Part shown: piece by piece, positions 25,707 to 38,146 of the stretch | Layout of the letters: the number at the start of each line of letters is the position of its first letter | Numbering within the stretch: the stretch's first letter is position 1 | Assembly (NCBI RefSeq): GCF_001194135.2 | Contig: NC_069010.1 | Span: 2,428,597-2,492,596, forward strand | Length of the DNA stretch: 64,000 nt | Source of the DNA: Octopus bimaculoides | Taxonomy: Eukaryota | Reading direction: 5' to 3' | Position numbers and translations under genes: made by a program | The notes under the pieces: model-generated | What the model was told of the DNA's origin: nothing | Database searches by the model: none | Seen by the model: the letters and a program-made list of their open reading frames with translations, nothing else

Positions 25707-25853
25707 TAGTGGTTCCCCACCTTTTCACTATCAAGGACCCCTTTTATTTAAATGAGTTTTCCCATGGACCCCAGGATATTAAAAGGTCCGTCAGCTTAAC
25801 ATGTTCACGGACCCCCAGTACTACTTTTGTGGACCACAGGTTGGAAACCCCTG
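25707..25853. mobile_element. hAT (Charlie-like) MITE, 147 bp
   Basis: Imperfect TIRs TAGTGGTTCCCCACCT / AGGTTGGAAACCCCTG and an exact 8-bp TSD CTCTAATG (25699-25706, 25854-25861). Confidence 0.85.
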
Positions 25854-26805
25854 CTCTAATGTATGTGGGGCATTTGGACAAGTTTTCTAAATGTTCTGAT
25901 ATTTCTGACTTCTCTCAAAAGTTGGTGGCATACTTGCAGGCCATACAGAGCATCCATGACCTGCTAGAAATGTTATTTTTAGCAGGTTGTGTACTCTATA
26001 GAAATCTTCTCCGAGCATATGGTGGTTATAGTTATATTTATCTTCAAGGTCTGCCTTGACTGATCAGATGATGAGACTAATTTTTAATGAGAGTGTGAGG
26101 TAGGTCTGTCATGAGTCCTAGGACCCATAGGGCTGGAGTTTAACCAGGTTTCCATAATGTAAAAAGGTGTTTGAAATTACTAAACTCTCCCACTGAATGG
26201 GACACTGGTTTGTTGTAGAGTCAACTTCCCAGCTATTACTGGAACTCATTTACAACTGAGTGGACTGGAGCAACATGAAATGAAGTGCTTTGCTCAAGAA
26301 CACAATGCATTATTCGAGAATTGAACCACAATCTTATGATCATGAGTGCAATACCTTAACCACTGGGTCATGCACTTTCACAACAAGAGTGTGGGTGAGA
26401 TGTAAAGGAAATTTGGTTGCTACTTCTAGCTAGTCAGAGAACCATGTAATGGATTGGGTTAACTGATGAGTGGCCATGGTTTTTGAGAATTCAGTGAATT
26501 TATGTGTGATAGCAAACAGTTGGGATCCAAGACATGTGCCATCATACCATTGTCTGATTTGTTCCACCCTGATCACTCAACCATAAGGTTAACTAAATTT
26601 ATATACATTATTGCTTATCTTTTTTTGTGCCTTTTAGAGCCAGACACCATAATGTATACTTAGGTCTCTTAACATGTATACTTGTAGTTCGTTATGTTGT
26701 TTGAGTGGATTCAGCTAAATGATTGTTTTTCTGGATGAACATAAATGGTTTCTGACACAGGTAGATTCCTCTGTTGCATTGTAGGTGAATATCTTCTATA
26801 GCCTC

Positions 26806-27315
26806 ATCATCATCATCGTTTAACGTCCGCTTTCCATGCTAGCATGGGTTAGATGATTTGACTGAGGACTGGTGAAACTGGATGGCAACACCAGGCTCCA
26901 ATCTGATTTGGCAGAGTTTCTACAGCTGGATGCCCTTCCTAATGCCAACCACTCAGAGAGTGTAGTGGGTGCTTTTACGTGTCACCCGCACGAAGGCCAG
27001 TCAGGCGGTACTGGCAACGGCCACACTCAAAATGGTGTATTTTATGTGCCACCCGCACAAGAGCCAGTCCAGGGGCACTGGCAACAACCTCGCTCGAAAG
27101 TCCTTACACATGCCGCGGGCACAAGTGCCAGAAAGGTGATGCTGGGCACAGGTGACATCACAATTTCGCTTTCGCTTGCCCCAATAAGTCTTCGCAAGCT
27201 GAGTTTCGTGTCTAATGAAGGAGACGATGTTGGCATGGGTGCCAGTCGTCAAATTTAACTCGATTTCGATTTCACTTGCCTCAACAGGTCTTCGCAAGTG
27301 GAGTTTAGTGTCCAA
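26806..27315 (-). mobile_element. Family B, long reverse copy
   Basis: Reverse complement of 44362-44860. The repeated flank TAGGTGAATATCTTCTATAGCCTCA at about 26782 and 27317 may be a target duplication. Confidence 0.9.
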
Positions 27316-27806
27316 GTAGGTGAATATCTTCTATAGCCTCAGGCTGACAAATATCATGTGCATGAAATTTAGTGAACAAAGGCTAATGTGGAAGTGTTTT
27401 GTGTATGATTTTAGTCTTTGGACCATGCACATGTACATACACACAGGCCTGAAACCTGTCTTTGTTTAAATATAGACACACCTTAATTAAATATTCAAAT
27501 GACTGCAGTTACATTTTAACTGTATACAGCTTGTCTATTAATTAATGAATACTAGCAGGATCTGTGAAAATTCTACAGTGCAAGTCTATATTTGAAAATA
27601 TGTTATTGTACAAGCAAAGAATTTCAAAAAGTTGTTCTGATATCCTGCCCTTTAATCAAAACTGTACTTTAAAATATAACTGAAATAGACTTAAAAGGTA
27701 TTGATTATTTTCCTTCTTTTAATATTTTGACAGATATTATGTACTTTTTAGTTTAAGGAAATAAAAGCTGAATTAAATTGATAAAACTTATTTGTATATT
27801 TGTATA

Positions 27807-27844
<38 letters not shown>

Positions 27845-28395
27845 GCTGCCCACCCAACACCAAAGCTCAGTTATTTACCAATTGAGATTATTTTCCTTTC
27901 TTTTCAGTTCAGTTCAGCTACATATCTACTTGTGTATTTATTAATGTATGTCTCTATCTGTTGACATATCTGTAGACTCACCTGTGTGCTTACCTGTCTA
28001 TCAAAAGAAAATGTAGATATGATAGTTATCTAACTAGCTCGTCAACTATCCTATCTGCATTCTCTTCTGTATTTGTCTACTCTCATAATACCAATAAATA
28101 TTTAAACTAAATAACACCAAAAAAAAAAAAAAAAAAAAAAGAAATGGTTACACCTCAGCATTTGGTTAGGAACATGTAAAAGATAAATTTGTAACATCCA
28201 CAGCTATTGGCTAAAGTTATTTCACTTTAACTATTTATCAATATATCTTGTGTGTGCGTAAATTAATAAATTTTCATGACATTGTTTTGCTATGTTAGAC
28301 ATTTTGACTGTACCTGCAATTTGAACACACAAATGTAGAATAATGGAAACCTTCTCTTCTGTTTGTTTCTCTGTCTCAGTTTCCCCCCTCTCTCT

Positions 28396-28447
<52 letters not shown>

Positions 28448-28544
28448 TCCTTCTTTACATCAACATTGTTATATGTATAGCATTATTGTCATTTTATGTC
28501 TGCTTTACTTGCTTGTTATGAATTGCCTTATTCAAAGTTAGTGG

Positions 28545-28765
28545 GAGTCATTTTGCCTTAACCGATGTTATCCAAGGGAGCGGTAAAGGCTGATACAGCT
28601 TGGCACCAGTGATGTCGCAACTCATTTCTACAGCTGAATGAACAAGAGCAATGTGAAATAAAATGTCTTGCTCGAGAACACAGCCCAGTCCATGAATTGA
28701 ACTCACTACCTCATGATTGTGAGCCTGACACTCTAACCACTGAGCCATGCATCTTCACCCATTAT
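28545..28765 (-). mobile_element. tRNA-headed SINE of a further family
   Basis: Minus strand GCATGGCTCAGTGGTTAGAGTGTCAGGCTCACAATCATGAGGTAGTGAGTTCAATTC followed by GAGCAAGACATTTTATTTCACATTGCTC. Confidence 0.7.
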
Positions 28766-30430
28766 ACTAAGCCCACTTTATTTTCCTATTTTATCTGCCT
28801 TGAGCCCTATAGACCCATAAAGTTGGAACTTATTCAAGTTTACTGTGTTTAGGTTGAGTGTATAAGACTTTCCCTCAAACAGGACACTAGGCCTTCACAG
28901 GATTAAGTCCTTGGTGCCACTGGTACTCATTATCAGCTGAGTATAATAGTGTGTAATGAAGTGTCTTTGTTAAGTACACAATGCACCATCTTTCCAAGAA
29001 TTGAACTCTTAACCTAATGATTGCGAGTTCAACACCCAAACTAGTAGGCCATACATTTTCATATTTTCTCTAGATAGCTTAAAATTAGAACTTATCATGG
29101 AAAAGCAAACAGCAGCTAAATTCATTTTCACATATATTACAGCTTAGTTTTCAATACAAAATAATAAATGCATAACAGTTACTATTTGTGTGTATTTCAG
29201 AATATTCCAGCCTCTGTTACAAATGCAGGAGGACAATGGGGATTTTTTTTGTTTTAAACTGCATTGGGTTTATGTTTATGAATCTTTTACATACATACAT
29301 ACATTTATATATATATATATATGAGAGAGAAAGAGAGAGAAATAATATATGTATGTGCATTAATATCCAGATCATTTTAAATTGTTGAGTTGCTTGTGAG
29401 ATCTTTGTAACCCTTTTGTTAACACATTTCTGTTGAAAAACAACCTTTGTTTCAATTAATTTTGGAACTAATGACAAATTTAGTAGACTATGCCATTGTT
29501 AAACTGGTATTGAAATTTTGATAGACAATTTTAGATCACTTTTAAATAAGGAATTTATAGAACAAAGGGCAGTTGTGTGTAGGTTAACATCAAAAGGATT
29601 AAATTGTTTTCAATGGAATCTAACCCGAGATAGTGTTGTTTAGTCCCAGATCAGCATGAATTAGTAGTAATGTTGGTGAATGGCATTCTAACTGTGATAT
29701 CCCATTCATTTTTGTATATCTACAACTATGTCTGCTATTTCTGGCAAGTTGAGTGATCACACAATGACTCTTGTTGAATTGTAATCTGTTTATTATAAAA
29801 AAAAAAAAAAAAAATTTTTTAAATGCTATGGAAGGAGCAAAATGATATAATTGTTGGTGTTTCTGAAGTTACATTAACATGATTATACATAGAGTATGTC
29901 AACATAATGTATGTAACCTAGATAGTGTGTGTACACATACACAACTTTTTCTAACCAACAACTTTTTTTCCCTCCTTCACTCGCCCTCTTCTACCTAGCT
30001 CCCACCACCATCATAATCCAGGGCTTGCCATGTAAATATACAGAAACCTGTAGTCACATGTGGTAGGCGTGATGGGGGGTAAACTAAACCCTTGAGGGTG
30101 TCACTTCAACATGGCCACAGTCCAGTGACTGAAACCAGTAAAAGAATAATCTCTCAAACATACATTGTTTTTCAGGGATGTAATGAACTTATATTGTTGA
30201 CCCTTAGAAGGAGAAAAAAAATAAAATCTTAACTGTATCAGTGTTGGAACTTCCAAGTGGGATATAAAATACTGCAAAGAATTAATTTCGTTTGTTTGTT
30301 GTATGATTTTGCTGGGTTGGATGTCGAGTAAGTTTTAATGGAAGCCAGTCTTTTTTTTATATATTTTATTATGGCTAAGAGGGCTTTCAAGATTGATGAG
30401 AAGAAGGGAATTGTTCATGGGAGGAAGGGC

Positions 30431-30997
30431 GGATCTTTTTTAAAACGGGGGCCACATTTTTCATTAATGTTTTACGTAGTGTTTTTGGTACTGAAAGACT
30501 TTCAAACTTCGTATACTTATCTATTTTGTGTTATAGAACAGAAAAATATTTTTGTATTCAAATTTATTTCATGTAAAAAATTGTCTTACTTCGATAATTT
30601 CAACCAATCACTGACAAGTATTCAGTTGTTTACATTTACTCCTTGGCTGATTAAGCGATGTAAAGCGTATTTAATCTCCATACCTTCGTTTTATTTGCTT
30701 TTTTCATTTTAAATTTGCTTTAACCCTAACCCTAACCCTAGAGTTAGGGTTAGGGTTAATTGTTTCAGAATCGTTTGTTTATGTAGTCGGCACTTAATGT
30801 ATATCGGCTGAATGGACGTCAGTGATTGATTGAAATTACAGAAATACGACAACTTTAACATGGAATAATTTATGGATTTCTTTTTTTTTTAAGAAGACTA
30901 AGAGAAAAAGATGTTTTATATGACACATTCTACCAGTGTTCCAAGTTTCAAAGTGTTTCGTTAATGAAAAATGTGGCCCCCGTTTTAAAAAAGATCC
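30431..30997. mobile_element. Non-autonomous DNA transposon, 567 bp, Merlin-like termini
   Basis: Perfect 37-bp TIR GGATCTTTTTTAAAACGGGGGCCACATTTTTCATTAA (30431-30467, 30961-30997) and 8-bp TSD GGAAGGGC/GGAAGGAC. The superfamily call rests only on the 5'-GG ends and TSD length. Confidence 0.8.
30720..30759. repeat. Inverted telomere-type repeat: (TAACCC)3 facing (TTAGGG)2
   Basis: 16-bp arms TTAACCCTAACCCTAA / TTAGGGTTAGGGTTAA with an 8-nt spacer. Confidence 0.9.
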
Positions 30998-31475
30998 GGA
31001 AGGACAGTACCAGTAGCCCTTTTCAAGGCCTCAAAAACTGATGGGAGGAAGGAAGTTATCAAACTGGAGATCTGGCATGAATGCATGCAAAATATTGGAC
31101 AGTGTTACAAGTACCAAAGAGCCAGGTGGCAAGAAACTGTCTCTTTGACAGACTTCCATACAGTTTCCCTTTTACTAGATTTTACTCATTAGACTTTGGG
31201 CTTTGCAGGAGATAGTTGCTGTGGAAGCAAACCTAAAGCTACATAGTTATAAAGCGAACAACTTAAATATACTTGAATTTATCCCAGTGTTCCCTCACGA
31301 TCACCCACTCTTTTTTGTTTTGTTTTTGTATACCTTGTCTGTTGAGGACTACATCTATATTCTTCCCCATTTTTGAAAGATGGCAGGGTGTGTTTTGGGA
31401 TATTTAGCTGTTATTTATAGCAGGTTGATGAACTGCTGTTACAGTCTTTCATTGAGTTAGTAATTAAGTAGACAT

Positions 31476-31754
31476 CAGTGGTTCCCAAAGTGGATGGTAC
31501 TTCCCCGCCCCTGGGGGTAGTGAACAGATTGGAGTGGGTTGAGTTGAAGAAAAGTGGAGTGATAATGGGGGTGGCCAAAAGGGGGCGATGGATGTAACAA
31601 CAACAAAATAATGGGTTAATTAGGTTATTTTATTTGTGAAAAACAGTTGTTGAATTTGCTGTGTCTGTGGTTGTCAGTGTGGGAGTGGATGTTCTCTAGG
31701 AATGTGTCTCGGGTGCTAAGGAGGAAGCAGCTTGTAAAAGTTTGGGAACCATTA
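31476..31754. mobile_element. Older hAT-type MITE
   Basis: TIRs CAGTGGTTCCCAAA / TTTGGGAACCATTA; degenerate 8-bp TSD GTAGACAT/GTATATAT. Confidence 0.7.
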
Positions 31755-32616
31755 GTATATATCTCTTAACCATATAATTTGTTAATTCTCCCCTTCTCAT
31801 TCTATACAAAGATGATAGTTAAACCTGACTCTGGTAAGGAATTTGAAACGGATAAAATTAAAAAGATACTAAAAGTGCATTTTAATCTTCTGTGTTCTCT
31901 TGGCCATCTTCACTGTTGTAGACTAATTAATAATGATAATGATGATAATAATGATAATAATAAATACAGTGACTGAAGTTCAAGTAATTTTTAATTCTTT
32001 TTTCAGATGTTATTCAACGTTGGAGTGTAGTTAATACTGCGAGTGATGATATTCACATACACAGCTCTTTACCACCAACTGCTTACTGTTTTTGTTTGAA
32101 ATTGCCCCATTCCCTTTTTTTTTTTTATCTATTTGTGTTCCTGTTTGTTTTCTATTCATTCAGATGACCCCCCCCCCATGTAATCCCATTGTTACATACA
32201 TGCATTCACACATGCAATCTATTTGCTTGTTTTAAACAATTTGGTTTAATTATATATATNNNNNNNNNNNNNNNNNNNNNNNNNNNNNNNNNNNNNNNNN
32301 NNNNNNNNNNNNNNNNNNNNNNNNNNNNNNNNNNNNNNNNNNNNTATATATATATATATAAAATGTACACACACACACACACACACACATATATTTATAT
32401 ATATATATATATATATAGTAATTAATGATAATGTGCTTTTGAAACAAAAATAAACAAAACTATAAAATAAAGAGACATAGAACTGTACCTTTTCAATTGA
32501 GGACCATTAGCTGCCAACCCAACCCTTTATTTTGGAACCATTAACCCCAGCTCTTCTGCCTCTCTCTCCTTTGTTCCTTCCATTTCACAAGTTGTTCAGT
32601 TTCTCTAATTTTGCAG

Positions 32617-32637
32617 ATGCAGGTAAAACAAAAAAAG
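32617..32637 (+). CDS. Candidate 21-nt in-frame microexon of RBM39 (MQVKQKK); an internal donor at 32623 would give a 6-nt form (MQ)
   Basis: CU-rich tract, CTAAT and TTTTGCAG acceptor; consensus donor AAG|GTAAGT at 32638; length divisible by 3 and open in phase 0. Confidence 0.55.
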
Positions 32638-32690
32638 GTAAGTATGTTACTAATAGCCAATCTGATATATTTGTTCCAATTATTTCTTAG

Positions 32691-32758
32691 CAGTTCTCTC
32701 TATTCACTGTCAAAGTTCTGCTTCTGCTTTGAGCAGGGCTGGTATCATAACCAATGAG
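32691..32758 (+). other. Candidate poison (stop-containing) cassette exon in RBM39 intron 2
   Basis: Branch-like TACTAAT at 32648-32654, TTTCTTAG|CAG tandem acceptor (32691 or 32694), in-frame TGA at 32730-32732, donor GAG|GTATAT at 32759. Confidence 0.4.
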
Positions 32759-33584
32759 GTATATCCGAGCTGTGCTTATTGCGATTAGTTACAGATGTTG
32801 ACATTTGTGCTGTAGGAGGTGTCTATTTATCCACTTCTTTCTTGATGTAATTGTCTTTAAATGTGTTACACTACAATCTGAAGTTGATAAATTAAGCTTT
32901 ATTATTTTGTCTTCAGAGTGAAGTCTTTGAAGAAAATTCTATCCTAGAATATAGTAAAAGTTAATTTGTTAGTTAAGTTTTAGCAGTTCTTATCTAGTTG
33001 GGAATGGTTGGTTTGTACAGATTTACCTTCAAGATAGAAACTTGTTACTTGTAACTTTGCAGTCTTTATCTTGCTTTTGGTTGTTTTAAATAGGTTATCC
33101 ATGTTGGATATCTTTGTCACTGTTATCTCCAGTATTGAGTTTCTGATAATTTTCTTCACATTGGATTTGATTCTATATCTTTTTTTTTTTTTATTATGTC
33201 TTATTTTCCATAGTTTCTCTTTTGATGTGATCTTAATGTAAATTTGAAATTTTTGTTATATTTCCTATCTGCTTCTGCTGTTAACTGTTTTTTTTTTTTT
33301 TGTTGTAAAACATTTTGTGTATATATGTATAAAGGAAACCGAAAGTCTTGCTACTGTTTAATATATTTGTGTGTATTAAGTGGTAGCATGACCTTTTGGA
33401 CTGTTCAGTCTATATATATGTGTGTGTGTGTATGGATACAGACATTCAGCAGCTGGATTTAGTTACTTCGGTACAATTTTAGTGGAGTAGGGAGTCCAAT
33501 TGATCCAACAACTGGAGTATTCTTTGTTGAAACTACTGGAGATCCATTTTGTGTGTTTGTTTATACACACACACACATATAGAC

Positions 33585-33740
33585 ATGGCTGTGTGGTAAA
33601 AAGTTTCCTTCCCAATCACACAGCTTCAGGTTTAGTTCCACTGTGTGGTGCCTTGGGTATGTGCCTATGTACCTTCTATAGCTCCAAGCCAACCAAAGAT
33701 CTATGTGGTCTTGGTAGAGGGAAACTGAAAAGAATCTATC

Positions 33741-33803
<63 letters not shown>

Positions 33804-33870
33804 CTGTTGGCGTGTGCACGTTTGTGCATGTTACTATCTCTTTGACTTGACGTTGTATGATAGTTGTAAA
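33585..33870 (+). mobile_element. SINE family A, diverged copy
   Basis: Degenerate head and central domain. Confidence 0.65.
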
Positions 33871-35454
33871 CAAGTATTACTGTCATACAAATGGTGCCCT
33901 TTATTTTCAATCTTCTTGAAAAACCTGTCTGGCCATGAAGAAATATTACTGTAGTTGGAAACAGGTGAGGGTTAGTAACAGGAAAGGTAGCTAGTCATAG
34001 AAAATCCACATCAATAAATTCTGTCCAACCAAGATGATCCTGGAAAAGTGGATGTTAAAATGATGGTGATAGACATTCTATTTCCATTTATCTGTTGCTG
34101 AACCACTGTAAGATGAAGTATCAGCTAGCCATTGCTGGTTAATCTATGTTGGTTGTTAGGCCTGTTTGTTCATGCTGGCTGGTCAGAACATTAGTCCTGG
34201 CTGTTGACAACTTGGTGGAATTTGGACCTAGAACACGAAGAGCTGCAACAGTTATTGTTCAGGTAACTGGTCTACTGCTCTGTCAAACCACTTTATTTTT
34301 CAACTGTGAGTGAATAAAAGATCTCAGTGAGTATAGAATTAAGAACATAGAGAATTGGAATGAATATTTTAAGGTGAGCCGTCCAGTGCTCCTGAAGACT
34401 CTGTCCATTCCCTATCTTGTTTGTGTGTGTGGTTGAGGTTAAGAAATTTGCTTTGAGACCATGTGGTTTTGGGTTGTAACTTACTACATGGTACCTTGGG
34501 CATGTCTTCTCTTATAACACTAGACTAACCTATGCTTTGTAACTAAGTTTGGAAAATGGAAACTGTATGGAAGCTGCCAGCATGTGTATGTCTTTCTGTA
34601 ACTTGTCTTATATTAACACCATTAGCCATTTGACACCTGGTGTTGATTTGTATAAGTCCTTGATACTGGAGTTGGACTTAAACTCTTTGAGGCCATACTC
34701 CAGCATGGCCATAGTCCAATAACTGAAAGCAGTAGAAATGTGTGTGTGTGTACTGGGCACAGGTGTGGCCAAGTGTTTTAAGAAGTTGGTTTTGTTGTCA
34801 TTAGGTTCCAGATTTGATGTCAGTGTGACATCTTGGCAAGGGTTTCTCACCATAGTTTGTAGTGTATCCCTAGCAAAAATCTGTATGGAAGCTTGTCAGA
34901 TGGACTATAATTGTAATTCATGGAGCCAGCCTCTGATTCCTCCATCTGATTTACTTCAAAGTCTTAAAATCCTGTGGAATACTTTGCCAGTTATAGACAT
35001 GATAGTTAAGATGATGGAACTGTTGAAATAAATGTCATTTCTCTTATATACCCTTGTTTAATATTTATATTCCAGTAAAATGTGGCTTAAAATGTGACCA
35101 TTTATTATGCTATGTATACTGAATGGTATGTTTTACCGGAATTTTTGCAACTTGGGGTTCAGTTCAACATTCCACTCTTATGTCCTTGTATTATCAAAGC
35201 AAGGACAGACACTATTATGAAAAAGAGTTGCATAATATCAAAATAAAGACAAAACCACATTTTGATATTTCAAATGTATTTAATACACTTGTTTCTGATA
35301 ATTATGCAAGATAATCCTTACAGAATATTATCTTCTTCAGTCAAATATTTCAAAATATTTTGAAATATTTTACTGAAGAAGGTAGTATTATGTAAGTATT
35401 AACTTCTGTAACTACTAGAAACTTGTATTAAATGTATTCCAAATATCAACATAT

Positions 35455-35494
<40 letters not shown>

Positions 35495-37463
35495 TTCGCA
35501 TTTAGCCTACTCAACTTGGAAGTCCTTGGTCGCTTTAGTATATATTAAATATAATTTTTCCTCTTCATAAGGTAGTTTTGTTTTTACTTGTTGTTGCTGT
35601 TTTTTTCACCCTCCCCCTTCAGTAAATTTTAGCGTCATAAATTCTAAAAGTCAAGATTTTCTACTTAAGATTTATCATCATAAACATCATTTAAATTGAT
35701 TATCTATAAGATAATTTAAATATCCAGGATTTAATATTTTCTAATTGTCTTCTAAGCTATTTTTTAATGCTTTCATTTCAATCATTTTGCTTAAAGACCA
35801 TATTAAAATATTTTGCTGTCTTGTGACAGTTTTTTTTTTTTATTTTTAGTTTTATTCCCTCCTCCCACCTTTTTTTGTGCGCATTCTATTATTGATAAAC
35901 ATTTACATTTCTTTTCATAGAATAATTGAATGAAACATGAATTCTGAAGTGACAGACCAAGGGAATTTCCAAATTGGTTTGATTAATTTATCTACTCAGT
36001 GTTCAGTAATATTTTAATCCTTGCTGTTTTTGCAATGCCAGCTCCGGCCATATTTCAATCTGAAACTGAATCTTACGTGCCTGCTCTCTCTCTTCATGTT
36101 GGGATTAAGAAACTGAATTGCAGAATTGATACCAGGAAAATAAATATGTTGAAAGCAAGCATTAGAGAGAAAATAAGATAAATCACTCAACAATCAAATG
36201 CTGGTTCCTTGATATTTAGTTAGTTTTTACTAATTAATTAATTCCCAGATATGATATCTAGAATTTGCCACTCTCTTGTGTGTGGTGCTAGCACCATCAG
36301 CAACAGAATGATGAAGTATTAGTGAAACACTAATGAAATATAATTATTCTGCTACATCTTGGTGTCTGACTGACCACCAGAATAAATCTGTTATTGGTTG
36401 TAGGCATGACTGGGAAAGAAGTTTTCCTTGGCAGCCACATCATTCTTGATTAGATCTCTCTGCTAGGTACTTTGGACTAGTGCCTTCTGTGGTCTTTGGA
36501 TGATCAGCCACTACCTTGTAAGTGAAATTTTGCAGAGGGTAACTCTGTGAAAGTTGTGTTAGTTTGTGTGTGATTGATGCAGATATTGCTGTGTGGTTTA
36601 CAACTTTTGGGTTCAGTCACCCTACAAAATACCTTGGGCAAATACCTTGTAGAACCTGAGTTGACCAAAGTCTTGGAAGATGTTAACTGAAAGATAGTTG
36701 TGTGTAAAATATGCACTCATATACACACATGTTGTCATATTGGCAGTGTTGTTCTCAGTTTTCCTGTCAAATTGTCTGCTTGCTTCATTCTTTTAAAGCC
36801 ATGTAGAATAAGGAATTTCAACAGTTAAAGTAGAACAAGAAGAAGGTCTTCTACTCTAAAACAACACCTCAATAATATGTTCATCTAACCCATGCAAGCA
36901 TGGAAAATGAAAGGCTGTGTGTGTGTGTGTGTTTATGCATGCATGCATGTTTCATGCATTTGTATAACTTTTGCTGATGTTGGTATACAATGGCAAGAAA
37001 ATTGAAGTGATAATTTTTGACCCATGTTCCTTGAGATATTTGTTCTCTACAGAGACAGTAAATCATTGAATGGCTTGTCGGAAATATGTAACCAGTGGCA
37101 TCATTGTTAACCACTTAATATAAAATAGGACTGTTGTCCAAACAGATCTAATTTGGTTGGTGGAGACATGTCTTAACAAAACTGACATGGGCCATTTGAA
37201 GAACAATCTGTTTCTTATTTAGCAGTCACTTAGGTCTAGTAGCTAATCTTTTGGCTATTTCTTCAATCTATTTTCATCTTTATTGTAGCACAGACTTGTT
37301 CTTGTGTGTAGTGTGTAAAAGAGATTTGTGAAGTGCACATGAGGTTAATAATCTGCAGAAATCTTACTGTTCTTATTAAATATTCTAGTCATTTCAAAAA
37401 CTGTCTAGGAGCCAGCATGTTATAATATAACATAGCATACATGCATGTCTGCGTGTGTGTCTA

Positions 37464-37529
<66 letters not shown>

Positions 37530-37870
37530 TACACGCATACATACATATATATATGTTTACAAATACACACACACACTCCCAACCACAAGCACTGATACAG
37601 GAGATTATAAGTTTCCAATGCTAGTTACAGAACACTTTACTCTCTCTCTCTCTCTCTCCCTCACTGTCTTTCCATCTTTCCAACTTCCCAAAGCCAGCTG
37701 TGATCAGCCAGAATGCAGCTCCAGATAACAACAAGGATATTCTTTTCAGCACTGTATAGCGTTTGTTTCCGAAGAACTAACAACCGTTCCTCTTTCATCT
37801 TTTTCAACTTGACCTAAGCTGAAGAATTTTTACTATTTTGGTCTTTTTTGTTTTGTTTCTGTTTTTCTAG

Positions 37871-37914
37871 GATGACGTCGTCAAAACTGATGGAAGAGCT
37901 GACAAAGAGAGAAG
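37871..37914 (+). CDS. RBM39: RBM39 second coding exon, 44 nt (DDVVKTDGRADKER + AG), phase 0 to phase 2
   Basis: Long T-rich tract ending TTTCTAG at 37870, donor AAG|GTAGGT at 37915, and open in the frame left by the 23517 donor. Size and phases match my recollection of the short exon after the ATG exon in vertebrate RBM39. Confidence 0.8.
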
Positions 37915-38111
37915 GTAGGTTTATCAGTATTGATTCTTTTTGGTGAATTGTTTTTAAAAATTATTTTTATTGATCTCTGTTTGTTAGATTTGAACTTGAT
38001 GGGAGGGAATGTTCTAGTGATAAATTTTTTTGTACTTTAGAGTTAGACACAATTTCTCTTACATATTTTTGTTGTCCAAAAAAGAAAAAAAGAAAAAAAA
38101 TCACAATCTTT

Positions 38112-38146
<35 letters not shown>

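Noticed and set aside
30720-30759. Telomere fusion scar
   Set aside because: Only 5 units, wrong orientation for an end-to-end fusion, and inside a TIR element.
32043-32120. GTGATGA as a snoRNA C box
   Set aside because: No CTGA D box at a suitable distance.
36308-36373. ATGATGA ... CTGA as a C/D snoRNA
   Set aside because: Only a 3-bp terminal stem, no clear C'/D' boxes and no rRNA complementarity that I can recognise. A snoscan run would settle it.
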